This document shows positions 26,895-38,644 of a stretch of 64,000 nucleotides of DNA, piece after piece. Within the stretch, counting starts at the first letter, position 1; each line of letters starts with the position of its first letter. Location: contig OX597814.1 of the NCBI GenBank assembly GCA_951406725.2, positions 58,342,001 to 58,406,000 of the forward strand, read 5' to 3'. The translations under genes and the position numbers were made by a program. Origin of the DNA: Octopus vulgaris (Eukaryota). Below the pieces are notes generated by a model. It had not been told where the DNA came from. It saw only the letters and a program-made list of their open reading frames with translations, and ran no database searches.

Positions 26895-27062
26895 CTGTTG
26901 GCGATTCCTTTTTCTTCTTTGTACTTTTGCCTGTCTCCTTCCCGACGAAGAGTTATGCTCAAAACGTCAAGCTATCTGTTTTCAACTATCGTCAAGCTGA
27001 TACATTTCTTGTGCACGTCCTCCTGTTGTCCGTTAATTTTAATTGTTTATTTGAATTGACTG
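26895..27062 (+). mobile_element. Probable Penelope-type terminal segment with degenerate hammerhead-like motif
   Basis: CCGACGA-AGAG-TTAT-GCTC-AAAAC-GTC at 26942-26968, followed by a pyrimidine-rich tail ending in (TA)n. Confidence 0.45.
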
Positions 27063-27079
27063 TATATATATATGTGTGT

Positions 27080-27220
27080 GGCGAGCTGGCAGAGTCGTTA
27101 GCGCGCTGAACGAAGTACTTAGCGGTATTTCGTCTCATCAACCGGGATGATGTTATCGATTTAATCCCGCTGTCCCTGTTTGTCTTCTATATGTTTAGCT
27201 CCCTGTGCGCAAGAAAAAAA
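27080..27220 (+). mobile_element. Internally deleted SINE (8562 family, Tx1-like tail)
   Basis: Head ggcgagctggcagagtcgttagc...ttagcggtatttcgtc joined to the tail tgtttgtcttctatatgtttagctccctgtgcgcaagaaaaaaa. Confidence 0.75.
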
Positions 27221-29890
27221 TATTTGTGTGTGCGCGCGCGCGTGTGTAGACGTATGTATGTGTGTGTGTGAGTGTGTGCGTGTGTATGTACCTGCATATT
27301 AGTTATAACTCTTGTTGATTAGCTCCAAGTCAGCTCAAATTTCAATGAGTAGAACCCCGTTAAAGGCTTTTAGTCACGATCAATGTTTTTCCCCCTTTTT
27401 TAATGATATCTAATATCACATAACTTATGTGTCTTTATTAAGGCTGTGGCGGGTGATTCGAGAATAAAATTGACAGCTATGCTAGCAACTCATGCATACA
27501 AGCAGAAACTCCTTATGTGTTTCCGGTGTAACTGAATTAGTTATTCATGTTTACGTACATGAATTAGTCTATGCATCATTGAACTCGTGTGTGGCTCTGT
27601 CTCTGTCTTTTACACACACACACACATACACACACTCACACACACACACGCACACACACACACACAAGGTTATTGCCAGCCGCAAATATGCTAAGGGAAT
27701 ATTCGAACACGTAAGAAAGCCATTAAGTATTTTGTCATGTAGAATATTTTTCGGTGTAGAAATGTGGTGTGTATACACCAAAATCATCTCATAGCTCCAA
27801 CTACCAAGACTCTGAGAGGCAAGCATGTCGGTTATTCTATCTTCAATCGCAGAAACTGGACAGGATGCACCGCGAGCTCATAAAAGAGATTATCTCCCTT
27901 ATGATATTCCCGTCATCGTATAATGACTGGGAGTGCTAATCAACGGCTCATCGCAAACAAATTATTGGATAGTAGCGCTAAGCACTGATGTGTATAAATA
28001 CAAATTTATATTCAGTTCAAATGTGTTTGGGGCATATTCGAAGCATTAAGAAAGCTATTTATTGTATTTTGTAATAGAAAAGATTTCTGGCTGTAGACAA
28101 GTGGTTTTTAAAAAACAGCTCGCTGTGCCAACAACCCAGACTGTGAGTTGCAAGCATTTCGAAGAGGCACTAATCAATGGTTACTTAGATGTGGTAGCAT
28201 TTTGAAGATATTCTACTCGTAAAATCTATTTGGATTTCAGTCCATTTGGTGAGAATGTTATTTTCTACAAGATTTAGAAACATAAAAATGTAAGTTTGTA
28301 ATATATTTTCGCACAAGCAATTGAAGATTTAAATGGTTTGGGAAACTTAAAGTGTGCAGATCACATAAATATTTTCACACCTTCCGAGAATGATGGCAGA
28401 AAGGAAAATTCTCATCTTATTGAAGACGTTACACAAACACTTCGAACTTATTAGACTCCAATAAATGCATAAAAGTAGCAAATAGCAGCGTTAAGCTGAA
28501 TAACTGATTACGACCACCACTGAAAAAGAGGAGCATTCTCTCCGATGGCTTACCACATTAATTCCATCTATCAGATTTAATCTATAATCCTTCGATTGAC
28601 ATGAAGCCAGGGTAAATGGCACTTTTCAATGGCGTCGTGCCAGTGATTGCAAAGAAACCTATTTTCGCAAAGCGAAATTTTTACTTCTTCAGATAATTAA
28701 ATTTATCACTCAACTTGAGTGAAACTTAAAGGTATTACCTAAAAAAAATTATTCCTTAATTGATTACATTTTATATCAAGCAATAAAAAATTCAGCTGTA
28801 CAATTTGTTCTCGTAAATATGCTAAACATTCTGTATAAAACAATAGAATTTATATTATTTCCGTCAAACAGTCATTAACATAAATGACGGGCACTGGAAG
28901 TAAAGAAGCTCAAGAAATAAAAAGGCACTGGTCTCCTCTCTCTCACGAAAATAAATAAATAAATAAAATGACAAAAAAAAATCCTAACAAACTACCTCGT
29001 TCCACAGTGGGCCTCTGATCTGAAGCTGACTAAAGGGTATTTAGTTTGAAATTTATATCGGATATTGCAGGAAGGCACATAGTGTTCTTGGGATTATAAT
29101 AGACTTCCCATATTTTTATTAGTGAATTGTGATATCTTATTTATTTGCTTATGGACGCTACGATAATGAACGTGATAAAATCTTTTTGCATGGTAGTATC
29201 ACACACTGTTTATTCAGTTACGTGAGGATGCACCCCATTGAAAAAAGATCTAAATATGATTAATATTAGTAAAGCTGAGTTCATGCAGAACTTAAAGTGC
29301 TTTAGCATACACTAATACACATGCTTAAAAAACTATCAAAATATCTAATACACCTACAACATCACATGGGATTATGAATAGAATGCATGCAAACGTTTTT
29401 AATTAAGATGAAGTTTTTTAGTAAGTATACTCTTTGGTACACAAGTATCGTTTGTGTAATGATGAATTACAAATTAACTTAACACCTAAATTCGACATCT
29501 CATATGACACCTCCGACACAGTACTTCTATAATATTTGTGACTGAGATTACTATGCCATATCAAAAACAATGTCGTTAAATTGATGTTGACGTTTTCTTT
29601 ATTTTATTCATAATTATGAATAAGAACTGAGATTTATTTGTACGATTTCGTGTATTCATATGAACACACACACGCGCGCATGCATACATACATCTGTTTG
29701 TGAGTATGTGCATAAAGTGGGGTGTGATAAACATAGATCATGAGGATGACAGAGAACAGATGCTAGTACTTGTAAGTACATGAATAATGTGTGCCGTTGC
29801 AAACGTGTCTTTCGTGAGTGCATGTGTGAGATCTCAGTTAATAAATATATGTTAAATCTATCTATCTATCTATTTTTCTATCCATGTATC

Positions 29891-29967
<77 letters not shown>

Positions 29968-29981
29968 GTATATATATACAC

Positions 29982-30027
<46 letters not shown>

Positions 30028-30033
<6 letters not shown>

Positions 30034-30132
30034 ATTCACAAAAAAAAAAGACAAAAGACAAAGACAGGTGGTGTAGACAACAAAGAAATGTATTACTATA
30101 ACGGTCGGGAAGTGAAAATGAATGTATGTAAA

Positions 30133-30194
<62 letters not shown>

Positions 30195-30243
30195 CATACA
30201 TATATTTACATACTTACATTTATTTTCACTTCCCGACCGTTAA
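30028..30243. repeat. Short (TA)n-embedded element with an inverted duplication around a (TA)n tract
   Basis: taacggtcgggaagtgaaaat (30099-30119) and attttcacttcccgaccgtta (30222-30242) are exact reverse complements. Confidence 0.85.
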
Positions 30244-30315
30244 ATAATATTTATTTGTTATATATATATATATATATAACAAAATAATAAATAAAACAAC
30301 AATAATAATAAAATA

Positions 30316-30347
<32 letters not shown>

Positions 30348-30444
30348 ATATATATAAATAAGGATAATATGTTATTTATATACCGATCTTATCAGGTGGC
30401 CAGTATGGGAATAAAAACCTTCAAAGGTAACAATTATTATAAAA

Positions 30445-30600
30445 AATATAATTTAGGATTCATAGGAGATACCACCACGCTGGAAATAGCAGCCAAATTT
30501 TGCCTCTAAAACCACATTAAATGTTCGTAGTTTTAGAATCAAGTTTTGGGTACTATTTCCAGCGTGGTGGTATGCCTTAGATACATTAAATTATAATTTT
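30445..30600. repeat. Hairpin or palindromic element (about 68-bp arms, 17-bp spacer), related to 25591-26063
   Basis: ataccaccacgctggaaatag (30469-30489) and ctatttccagcgtggtggtat (30553-30573) form a perfect 21-bp inverted core. Confidence 0.9.
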
Positions 30601-31264
30601 AAATATACATGTATATATAAATAATCTCTGCTTGCAACTACATATGTGGGTGTGGATGAAATCTGGATATTAGCAATCACCAAAACATCTTATTTATCTG
30701 AGCTAAAATTATTAATGTGTTTATCTCACATGAGATATCGAGATGTTTTTCTGTGTATTAAGACAAAGAAATTAGAAATATTTCCTTTATTCAAAACAAT
30801 AGAGAGGATATAGTGAATTCTTTGATGAACACTTAGTTTCTATACATGCACAACATCAGGTGTGAAAGAGAGACGGAACATATGCTCATTACATGAACTT
30901 GTGTTTGTGTGTGGGTCTTGTGGCAATGCGTGCTTACGTATGAGCCTTTCGGCAGTGTCCGTTCCGATAATCCCAGCTGAAAAATATACTTCAATAGCAG
31001 CATCACATAAATTCAACGTACTTGAATATGATTATTATTTATTTATTTCTAACTACATTACAGAAGTTGTAAGATAAAACAGTAAATATTTAATTTGAAT
31101 TAATGTATTAAAAACATTGTCTCATCACATTCACAAATTCCTTGATATTGCTAGTTGCTTAACGAGTATTTTATTTTGCAGTAATATTTCAATAAACAGA
31201 TTTATACCCAAGTTCTTTCCGATTTTTTGCTTTATATGGCGCCAGTTTGCTTTATACGGCAATG

Positions 31265-31297
31265 TATCTATCAATCTATCTATCAATCTATCTATCA

Positions 31298-31345
<48 letters not shown>
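31265..31345. repeat. (TATC)n microsatellite, left part of interrupted array
   Basis: Directly visible. Confidence 0.95.
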
Positions 31346-32322
<977 letters not shown>

Positions 32323-32646
32323 TGACGGATGTGATGTCGTTTCAGCTCCGAAGGTAATCATTTATTTTGACTATTTATAGGCCAATTTTTGTGTAGATTT
32401 TTGCAAATAAGGTGTGTAAGGCAACCAACTTTCATTTGAGTGCTTTTACAAGGGAGGAATTCGCCCCTAGGGGCAGTTTCGACCCCATTTCATTTCTATT
32501 ATTTTCTTCTCGACATTAGAAAATGTCTAGAAATTTTATTGTTGAACGCTGGTCGCGTTCTTTTATGGAACAAAATTTTCCTAGTCTGGAAACGACAGAG
32601 AAAAAAGAACGTTCGCACGGAAAATGCCAACGTGAAATTCGGTGAG

Positions 32647-34071
32647 ATGAACGCTGCAACCACGTGCGTTAACAGCCCTGTCACCACCGCCACCACCACC
32701 ACTAACAACAGCAACCACGAGACAACAACTGCTACCACCACCACCTCCACAACCACCACTACCACGACCAACATAAATGATAAAAATAAAACTGAAATGA
32801 AAACTATTGACAAAAACAACAGCAACAACAAGAACAACAATAAAAATGAACTATCTAATAGTGAAGATGCCAATACAAAAAAGTCAACAACAGTAAATTT
32901 CGCAGATATTCTTCGCCAGAAAAAGGAGATTGTTACATTCACAAATGAAGAGCTCATAGAAACAAGAGCTCTCTTTACAACCCGTGGACAAGATTTAGTC
33001 CTGCATACACCTCAACATATAAAACAAGAAATTGAAAATAAGACAATTGTATATAAAATTATTAGAAAAAACAAAAAACCAAATGAACAGATTACAAAAA
33101 CTGATGTGGAGAAATGTTTAAAAAACATAATGAAAGAAAAAGAGTATATAAACTGGGGTCCCCAGTTTAACACAGTAGTGGTCCGCTTCTCTAACCAGGA
33201 AGTGGCAAAAGCTCACTCTACTGAGTCTCTGGGAAATGATGAAATCATCATGGTCCCTTATTATAAAAACCAGAGGGTGAGTAGAATTACTATCAGAAAT
33301 GTACCCCCCGATATGCCGAACAAATGGATAACAGGGGCAATCTGTTACCACTTGAAAAAGATCAATATTCTAGAAACAGCCGTGTACCTAAACGACAATT
33401 GGGGTGGAAAAACAGTAGTAGTGACCATCCAGATTGAGGGGGCCTCTATCGAGAGCCTACCCGACAAGATATACTTGGAGAATGGGCAATGCCTATATGT
33501 TATGGCAGAAGGCAAAAAGCCTAGATGCTACAAATGTGGCAGCCCCGAACATTTGATTGCCAAGTGCGATCTGGTACAGAAAAAACAAGAAAGAACAATT
33601 CAGAAAACAAATAAAATCCCTTTGTTGCCAACACCAACACCAACACACTCAATTATGGAACAACGCCAAGAAAAACAACAAACCAGCAGACAAACCCCAA
33701 CAACATCACCAAGAAAAACAGTACCAACACAATCACCGTTGACTTCACAACCAATTAAACCTGTTGAATTAACAAAAAATAGACCCACGCCCACACCCAG
33801 GACGACAATTAAAAAGACAGAAAACACTGACGAGAAGACAAATGCTACCCCTAACACCACAACAACACAAACACCGCACAAAACATCAACAATTTATACA
33901 AGCATACATAGTGATCCTGTTCTTTTTCCTCTACCCCATACTGATACGTCGGACGAAGAAAGTTCGACGGAATGGCAAATAGCCACAGGGGTAAAAGAAA
34001 AAGATCCAAAAAATCCACCAAACAAGGAATTAAAGCAGGGAGATATCTCACTCAGGACAACATTCCCCTAG
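32647..34071 (+). CDS. ORF1 (gag-like nucleic-acid-binding protein), main frame
   Basis: First in-frame ATG at 32647; the track opens at GTG 32440. Has an RRM-like region, the zinc knuckle CYKCGSPEHLIAKC and Thr/Asn/Pro-rich low-complexity segments. Confidence 0.8.
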   Translation: MNAATTCVNSPVTTATTTTNNSNHETTTATTTTSTTTTTTTNINDKNKTEMKTIDKNNSNNKNNNKNELSNSEDANTKKSTTVNFADILRQKKEIVTFTNEELIETRALFTTRGQDLVLHTPQHIKQEIENKTIVYKIIRKNKKPNEQITKTDVEKCLKNIMKEKEYINWGPQFNTVVVRFSNQEVAKAHSTESLGNDEIIMVPYYKNQRVSRITIRNVPPDMPNKWITGAICYHLKKINILETAVYLNDNWGGKTVVVTIQIEGASIESLPDKIYLENGQCLYVMAEGKKPRCYKCGSPEHLIAKCDLVQKKQERTIQKTNKIPLLPTPTPTHSIMEQRQEKQQTSRQTPTTSPRKTVPTQSPLTSQPIKPVELTKNRPTPTPRTTIKKTENTDEKTNATPNTTTTQTPHKTSTIYTSIHSDPVLFPLPHTDTSDEESSTEWQIATGVKEKDPKNPPNKELKQGDISLRTTFP

Positions 34072-34403
34072 ACAATCAAAAAAGTAATGAACCCGTAAAA
34101 CCACACACACAACTAACTGCAATAGACACAGACAATAAAGAATTAATGGACTACATCAAATCTAACATGGTCGTCTGTGAAGATGATTTTAAGACAAACA
34201 ATCATCCGCACACCACACCACCGAAACACATCAGAATTTTACACATAACACAAGCACAACACCACATACTGAAAACATTATTTCCGAATGCGGTAGGCGG
34301 GTATCAACGATACCTGTCGAAAAAACTATACAAACACCTCATCAAAAACGATACAAATGAAGAAGAAGAAGAAAAAAATGAAACTTTTAAAATGAGTAAG
34401 TGA
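33972..34403 (+). CDS. ORF1 C-terminal continuation in the -1 frame
   Basis: Joining at gggg 33988-33991 gives EWQIATG-GKRKRSKK and one ~585-aa ORF1 ending 57 bp before ORF2. Confidence 0.65.
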   Translation: MANSHRGKRKRSKKSTKQGIKAGRYLTQDNIPLDNQKSNEPVKPHTQLTAIDTDNKELMDYIKSNMVVCEDDFKTNNHPHTTPPKHIRILHITQAQHHILKTLFPNAVGGYQRYLSKKLYKHLIKNDTNEEEEEKNETFKMSK

Positions 34404-34460
34404 CCTCACTTCTTGCCTCTTGTCTCTTCTAATATAGTGTGTAAAACACAATTTTCGTAA

Positions 34461-37400
34461 ATGTCAAGTATGCTTAAATTAGGTTGTGTGAATGCGCGTG
34501 GCTTGGCGTCGGCTTGGAAGCAAGGTTACCTTCTAAACGACATCAAGTCACTGGACGTGGATATAGTAGCTATCAGCGAAACCAGACTCAGTAAGCCGCG
34601 GGCCCTCGAGTCCATGTTTGGCAATCAATTTGACATTTATTTTTCTCCCTGTCTGCCGAACATGGGTGGTAGAGGTACTGCGGTGCTTTTTCGAAAGAGT
34701 CTAAAGGTAAAAGTAAGAGCAATATTCCTAGACCCGGAGGGTAGGCTCGTTGTCTTGGACGTGGATGGCAGAAATGGGTGTGCATTCCGTCTGATGGCAG
34801 TTTATGCACCGTCCTTAACGGGTCGGGCGGATTTCTTCAGACGTCTAGAGGTTTTCCTGGGTACGTCTAGACCTTTACTGTTAGTAGGGGATTGGAACGC
34901 TACCTTGGACACGCATCTAGATTATGTGGGAAGGGATAGGAATAGAAGGGGGTGTAAGAGCCTCAAAGACCTGCTCAGACGTTTCCATTTGTCTGACAGG
35001 TTCCGACTCGACCATCCGAACGTGCCAACGTGGACTTGGACAAACCGCGTCGGATCGTCGAGATCTTATCTAGATAGAATTCTATGCAGGACAGCGGATA
35101 GGGATAGTGTAGGTTGTCCACAATTTAAAATAGTCAGCTACACAGATCACAAATTTGTTACGTGTACGCTCGACTTAGATAAAACACATAGGCAGGGTCC
35201 CGGTTACTGGAAACTGAACACGTCGCTGTTAGCGCGACAGGTTTACAGGAACCGGATTAGCGAGTTAATTAAGAGGGCGCTGACGGGAGCGGTCGTTAAC
35301 AACCGCTGGTGGTACGCCCTGAAAATGGCAATAAAATCGGAATCAATTAGGTTTAGCAAGGAATTAGCGATAGAACGAAATAGAGTAGAGGGAGACTTAG
35401 TTAAGAAACTAGAAGAGGCACTTACCACTGGCAGCGCAACCAACGTGCTAGCTGCGAGGATGGCCCTCGACCAACACCTCAACGCCAAGCACGAAGGTTG
35501 CGTCGTCAGAGCTAAAATGCGTGCCTTAAGGAACGAAGGGATTGAAGCTGCGCGAGAGGCCCGGGTAGCGGAGGCGCAGCGTGGCAACAGATCAACCATT
35601 CGGTCTCTAATAGATCAACAGGGATGCAGTTTACTCGAACCCGAAAGGATGTGTGAGGCCTTTCAACAGCACTTTGCTCGACTGTTTGGTGCGAGTGGTG
35701 GGTCGGAACGAGGGATGGATTTCAGTGCCTACCTGACCGACCTGCCGCGGCTCTCGGCAAGAGAGGCGGAGTGTTGTGAAAGTCCCATCACAGCCGCTGA
35801 CGTGTGGGATGCGATGGCGGGCTGCGCGAGGGATAAGTCGCCTGGATTGGATGGTTTACCCTACGAGCTGTATTGTCGAATGCCAGACTTGTTTGGCGAC
35901 CTCTTGGCATCAGTCTACTGCAACTGGCAACAGAACGGGAGAATCCCCGGTTTCGTGAGCCGAGGTGCAGTGACGTTGCTGAAGAAAGACTCAAACAAGG
36001 GGAATTTTATAGATAATTTCAGGCCCATCACTCTGCTCAACGCAGATTTGAAAATTTTGGCCAAAGTAATAGCCGAGAGGTTGGCGCTTGTCATTGGTAA
36101 ACTGGTCGACAGGGCGCAAACATGCGCCGTTCCGGGCAGAACCATACATGACAACCTCCATCTGATGCGCTACATTGTGGGCAGGGTAGTTAAGGATCCT
36201 GGCATGGGTGGGGCGCTGATAAATTTGGATCAGTCTAAAGCCTTCGATAGGGTCGACCATCGGTACTTGGCGGCCGTCCTCAGGGCGGCTGGCTTCGGTC
36301 CCGTCTTCCGCGGTTGGATCGCTGCCTTGTATAGCGGCATCCGATCGGTGATTCGGGTGAACGGTCACCTGTCTAAACCGTTTGACATCACGCGTTCGGT
36401 CCGTCAGGGGTGTCCCCTGTCGGCGCTTCTGTATGTATTGACTCTCGAGCCGCTACTGCGGAAGCTGGCGACACTGAGGGGCATCCCACGGGAACTGGGT
36501 TGCGGGACGAGCGTGTCGGCATATGCGGACGATGTCACCGTCATAGTGTCGAGCTACCAGCACATCGAGCTGGTCGGCGAGACACTAAGAAAATATGAAA
36601 CGGTGACGGGAGCAAAGATTAACCCGGAAAAGTCAGTGGGTTTGCTACTCGGCACCTGGAGAAGCAAGCCCATGCCGTCCGACTGCGGCTCAGTAGTGGG
36701 ACGCTGGACGGACGGACCGGTTAAATTGCTCGGGGTCTGGTTCAGTCCGGACCTCCAAATGGATAAGAACTGGGACGAGATCACGAGTAGAGTGGTCGCT
36801 CTCAGCCAAAAATGGGCCGAGAGAAAGCTGTCTCTAAAAGGCCGGGTGGAGGTGGCGAACGCGTACATCGCATCCGTCATCGATTACCGCCTGACCGTCG
36901 TACCTTGTCCCGACGCCACCATCACCAAACTGGAACGCATACTCTTCCGCTTCCTGTGGAAGGGTGGCGTTCCGATGGTGAGGAAGTCCATTTGCTGTCA
37001 ACATCCGTTGAATGGAGGACTGGGCATGCCGTGGTTGATGATGCGCAGGCATGCGCTGAGACTGCGACATCTCTGGAAATTCATCGACGACGGTGAACAG
37101 GTGTGGGCGCCGTTTGTGAGGCGCGACTTCCCGCAGCTCGTCTCACTGACCGAACTGCAAACGTGGATCAAAAAGAGACCGAAACTGGGCGATTGGCACC
37201 GAGAGTGTCGCCAAGCTCTACAGCAGCTCTGCCGACCGGGGTCAAACTTGTGCAACTTCCAAACGACTAAAGCGTTCTATAGAGGACTAGTGGAGGGGAG
37301 GTCCGACGACACACTCGGGGCAAACCTGGGCGTCGACGAGGAATTCCTAACCCGCCTGTTCAGGACGACGTTCGGGCCGGGGCCTATGGATAACTTCCAG

Positions 37401-37910
37401 AAATCCCTGGCTTGGCAGTGCTATCGAGACGCACTACCTGTTCGAGAGAAGAGCTACAGACACGGTTCGAAAACCATCACCGGACCGACCTGCCCGAGAT
37501 GCGGTCAGAGCGACGAAACCGTTCTGCACGCACTCGTGCAGTGTCCAGATATTTCAGAGCTGTGGTCCTTCGTCGAACAGCTGTTGTCACGTGTAGGTCA
37601 GGCTCGCCTATCGGCCGAGTCTATTGTGAATATTGTTCCACCACCTTCCTTTAAACGGGAAGGGAAAACGGTTTTCGTTACGCTGATGGCTATGGCGAAA
37701 GAATGTGTGTGGTGGACGCGTTTGAAAGGACTGCAAACAAACACCTTCCTCTCTGGTCAGTCTCTCGTCAACTTTTTCAAGTATCACTTGAAAAGGAGGA
37801 TGAGAATAGAGAGGAAGGCTTTGTCGAACGAATGTTTTAATAAAAAGTGGGTAAAAGTGGCAAAAATGGTCAGTATGAAAGACGACACTATTTTAAGCAT
37901 AAATCTGTAA
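34461..37910 (+). CDS. ORF2: APE endonuclease, reverse transcriptase and C-terminal zinc-binding domain (1149 aa, intact)
   Basis: EN motifs NARGL, ISET, VYAP, GDWN, YLDRI, TDH; PGYWKLN linker; RT motifs KSPGLDG, FRPITLLN, DQSKAFDRV, VRQGCPLS, YADD; C-terminal CPRC...ETVLHALVQC. Confidence 0.97.
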   Translation: MSSMLKLGCVNARGLASAWKQGYLLNDIKSLDVDIVAISETRLSKPRALESMFGNQFDIYFSPCLPNMGGRGTAVLFRKSLKVKVRAIFLDPEGRLVVLDVDGRNGCAFRLMAVYAPSLTGRADFFRRLEVFLGTSRPLLLVGDWNATLDTHLDYVGRDRNRRGCKSLKDLLRRFHLSDRFRLDHPNVPTWTWTNRVGSSRSYLDRILCRTADRDSVGCPQFKIVSYTDHKFVTCTLDLDKTHRQGPGYWKLNTSLLARQVYRNRISELIKRALTGAVVNNRWWYALKMAIKSESIRFSKELAIERNRVEGDLVKKLEEALTTGSATNVLAARMALDQHLNAKHEGCVVRAKMRALRNEGIEAAREARVAEAQRGNRSTIRSLIDQQGCSLLEPERMCEAFQQHFARLFGASGGSERGMDFSAYLTDLPRLSAREAECCESPITAADVWDAMAGCARDKSPGLDGLPYELYCRMPDLFGDLLASVYCNWQQNGRIPGFVSRGAVTLLKKDSNKGNFIDNFRPITLLNADLKILAKVIAERLALVIGKLVDRAQTCAVPGRTIHDNLHLMRYIVGRVVKDPGMGGALINLDQSKAFDRVDHRYLAAVLRAAGFGPVFRGWIAALYSGIRSVIRVNGHLSKPFDITRSVRQGCPLSALLYVLTLEPLLRKLATLRGIPRELGCGTSVSAYADDVTVIVSSYQHIELVGETLRKYETVTGAKINPEKSVGLLLGTWRSKPMPSDCGSVVGRWTDGPVKLLGVWFSPDLQMDKNWDEITSRVVALSQKWAERKLSLKGRVEVANAYIASVIDYRLTVVPCPDATITKLERILFRFLWKGGVPMVRKSICCQHPLNGGLGMPWLMMRRHALRLRHLWKFIDDGEQVWAPFVRRDFPQLVSLTELQTWIKKRPKLGDWHRECRQALQQLCRPGSNLCNFQTTKAFYRGLVEGRSDDTLGANLGVDEEFLTRLFRTTFGPGPMDNFQKSLAWQCYRDALPVREKSYRHGSKTITGPTCPRCGQSDETVLHALVQCPDISELWSFVEQLLSRVGQARLSAESIVNIVPPPSFKREGKTVFVTLMAMAKECVWWTRLKGLQTNTFLSGQSLVNFFKYHLKRRMRIERKALSNECFNKKWVKVAKMVSMKDDTILSINL

Positions 37911-38209
37911 CCAAAAGAGACAACGAGAAGTAAGGCGACTTACTCATGTGTTCGTTTTCGAATTGCCTGAGGTGACCTTGGTCTTTTTTGTAGGTTTTTC
38001 TTTCCAAGACCACACCTAAACTGTGAACCTTATATATATATATATATTGCTTTTTTATACACCACACAACCCACAGATCCCTATTGATCAAACGTTTTTT
38101 TTTTTTTTTTTCTTCTTGCCCCACCCATCCCACCTCGAAAAGAAAAATTCTACATTGTATTTCGTCCATTTTTATTCTGTGTTTAGCCCTGTGTGGCTAC
38201 AATAAAAAG

Positions 38210-38210
<1 letters not shown>

Positions 38211-38299
<89 letters not shown>

Positions 38300-38317
38300 G
38301 ACTATCTATCTACCTAC

Positions 38318-38401
<84 letters not shown>

Positions 38402-38412
38402 ATTTCTTTCTT

Positions 38413-38452
<40 letters not shown>
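38211..38452. repeat. (TATC)n microsatellite, right part of interrupted array
   Basis: Directly visible. Confidence 0.95.
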
Positions 38453-38453
<1 letters not shown>

Positions 38454-38509
38454 GTATGGATATATGTAGGTAAAAAAAGAATAAATATGTGTGCAAACGT
38501 GTGTTTATC

Positions 38510-38542
<33 letters not shown>

Positions 38543-38644
38543 TTTTTATGCATGATTTTGCGATTAAGCGAAAGCCTATTCAAACTGAGGGTAAAGTACT
38601 GTTCAGAAATTAATGTATGTAAATACACTTTGTTTATGACTTCT

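Larger units (their letters stand above)
32323..38210 (+). mobile_element. Apparently full-length Tx1/L1-group non-LTR retrotransposon inserted in (TATC)n
   Basis: 5' UTR, ORF1 with a CCHC knuckle, a 57-bp spacer, intact ORF2, and a 300-bp 3' UTR ending aataaaaagt. (TATC)n abuts both ends in the same orientation. Confidence 0.93.

Noticed and set aside
31247-31345. N-terminal extension of the 320-aa ORF
   Set aside because: It is the (TATC)n target array read in frame; the LINE sequence starts at about 31346.
32499-37654. Antisense and alternate-frame ORFs inside the Tx1 element
   Set aside because: These are shadow ORFs expected from triplet-rich ORF1 and GC-rich ORF2, with no recognisable motifs.
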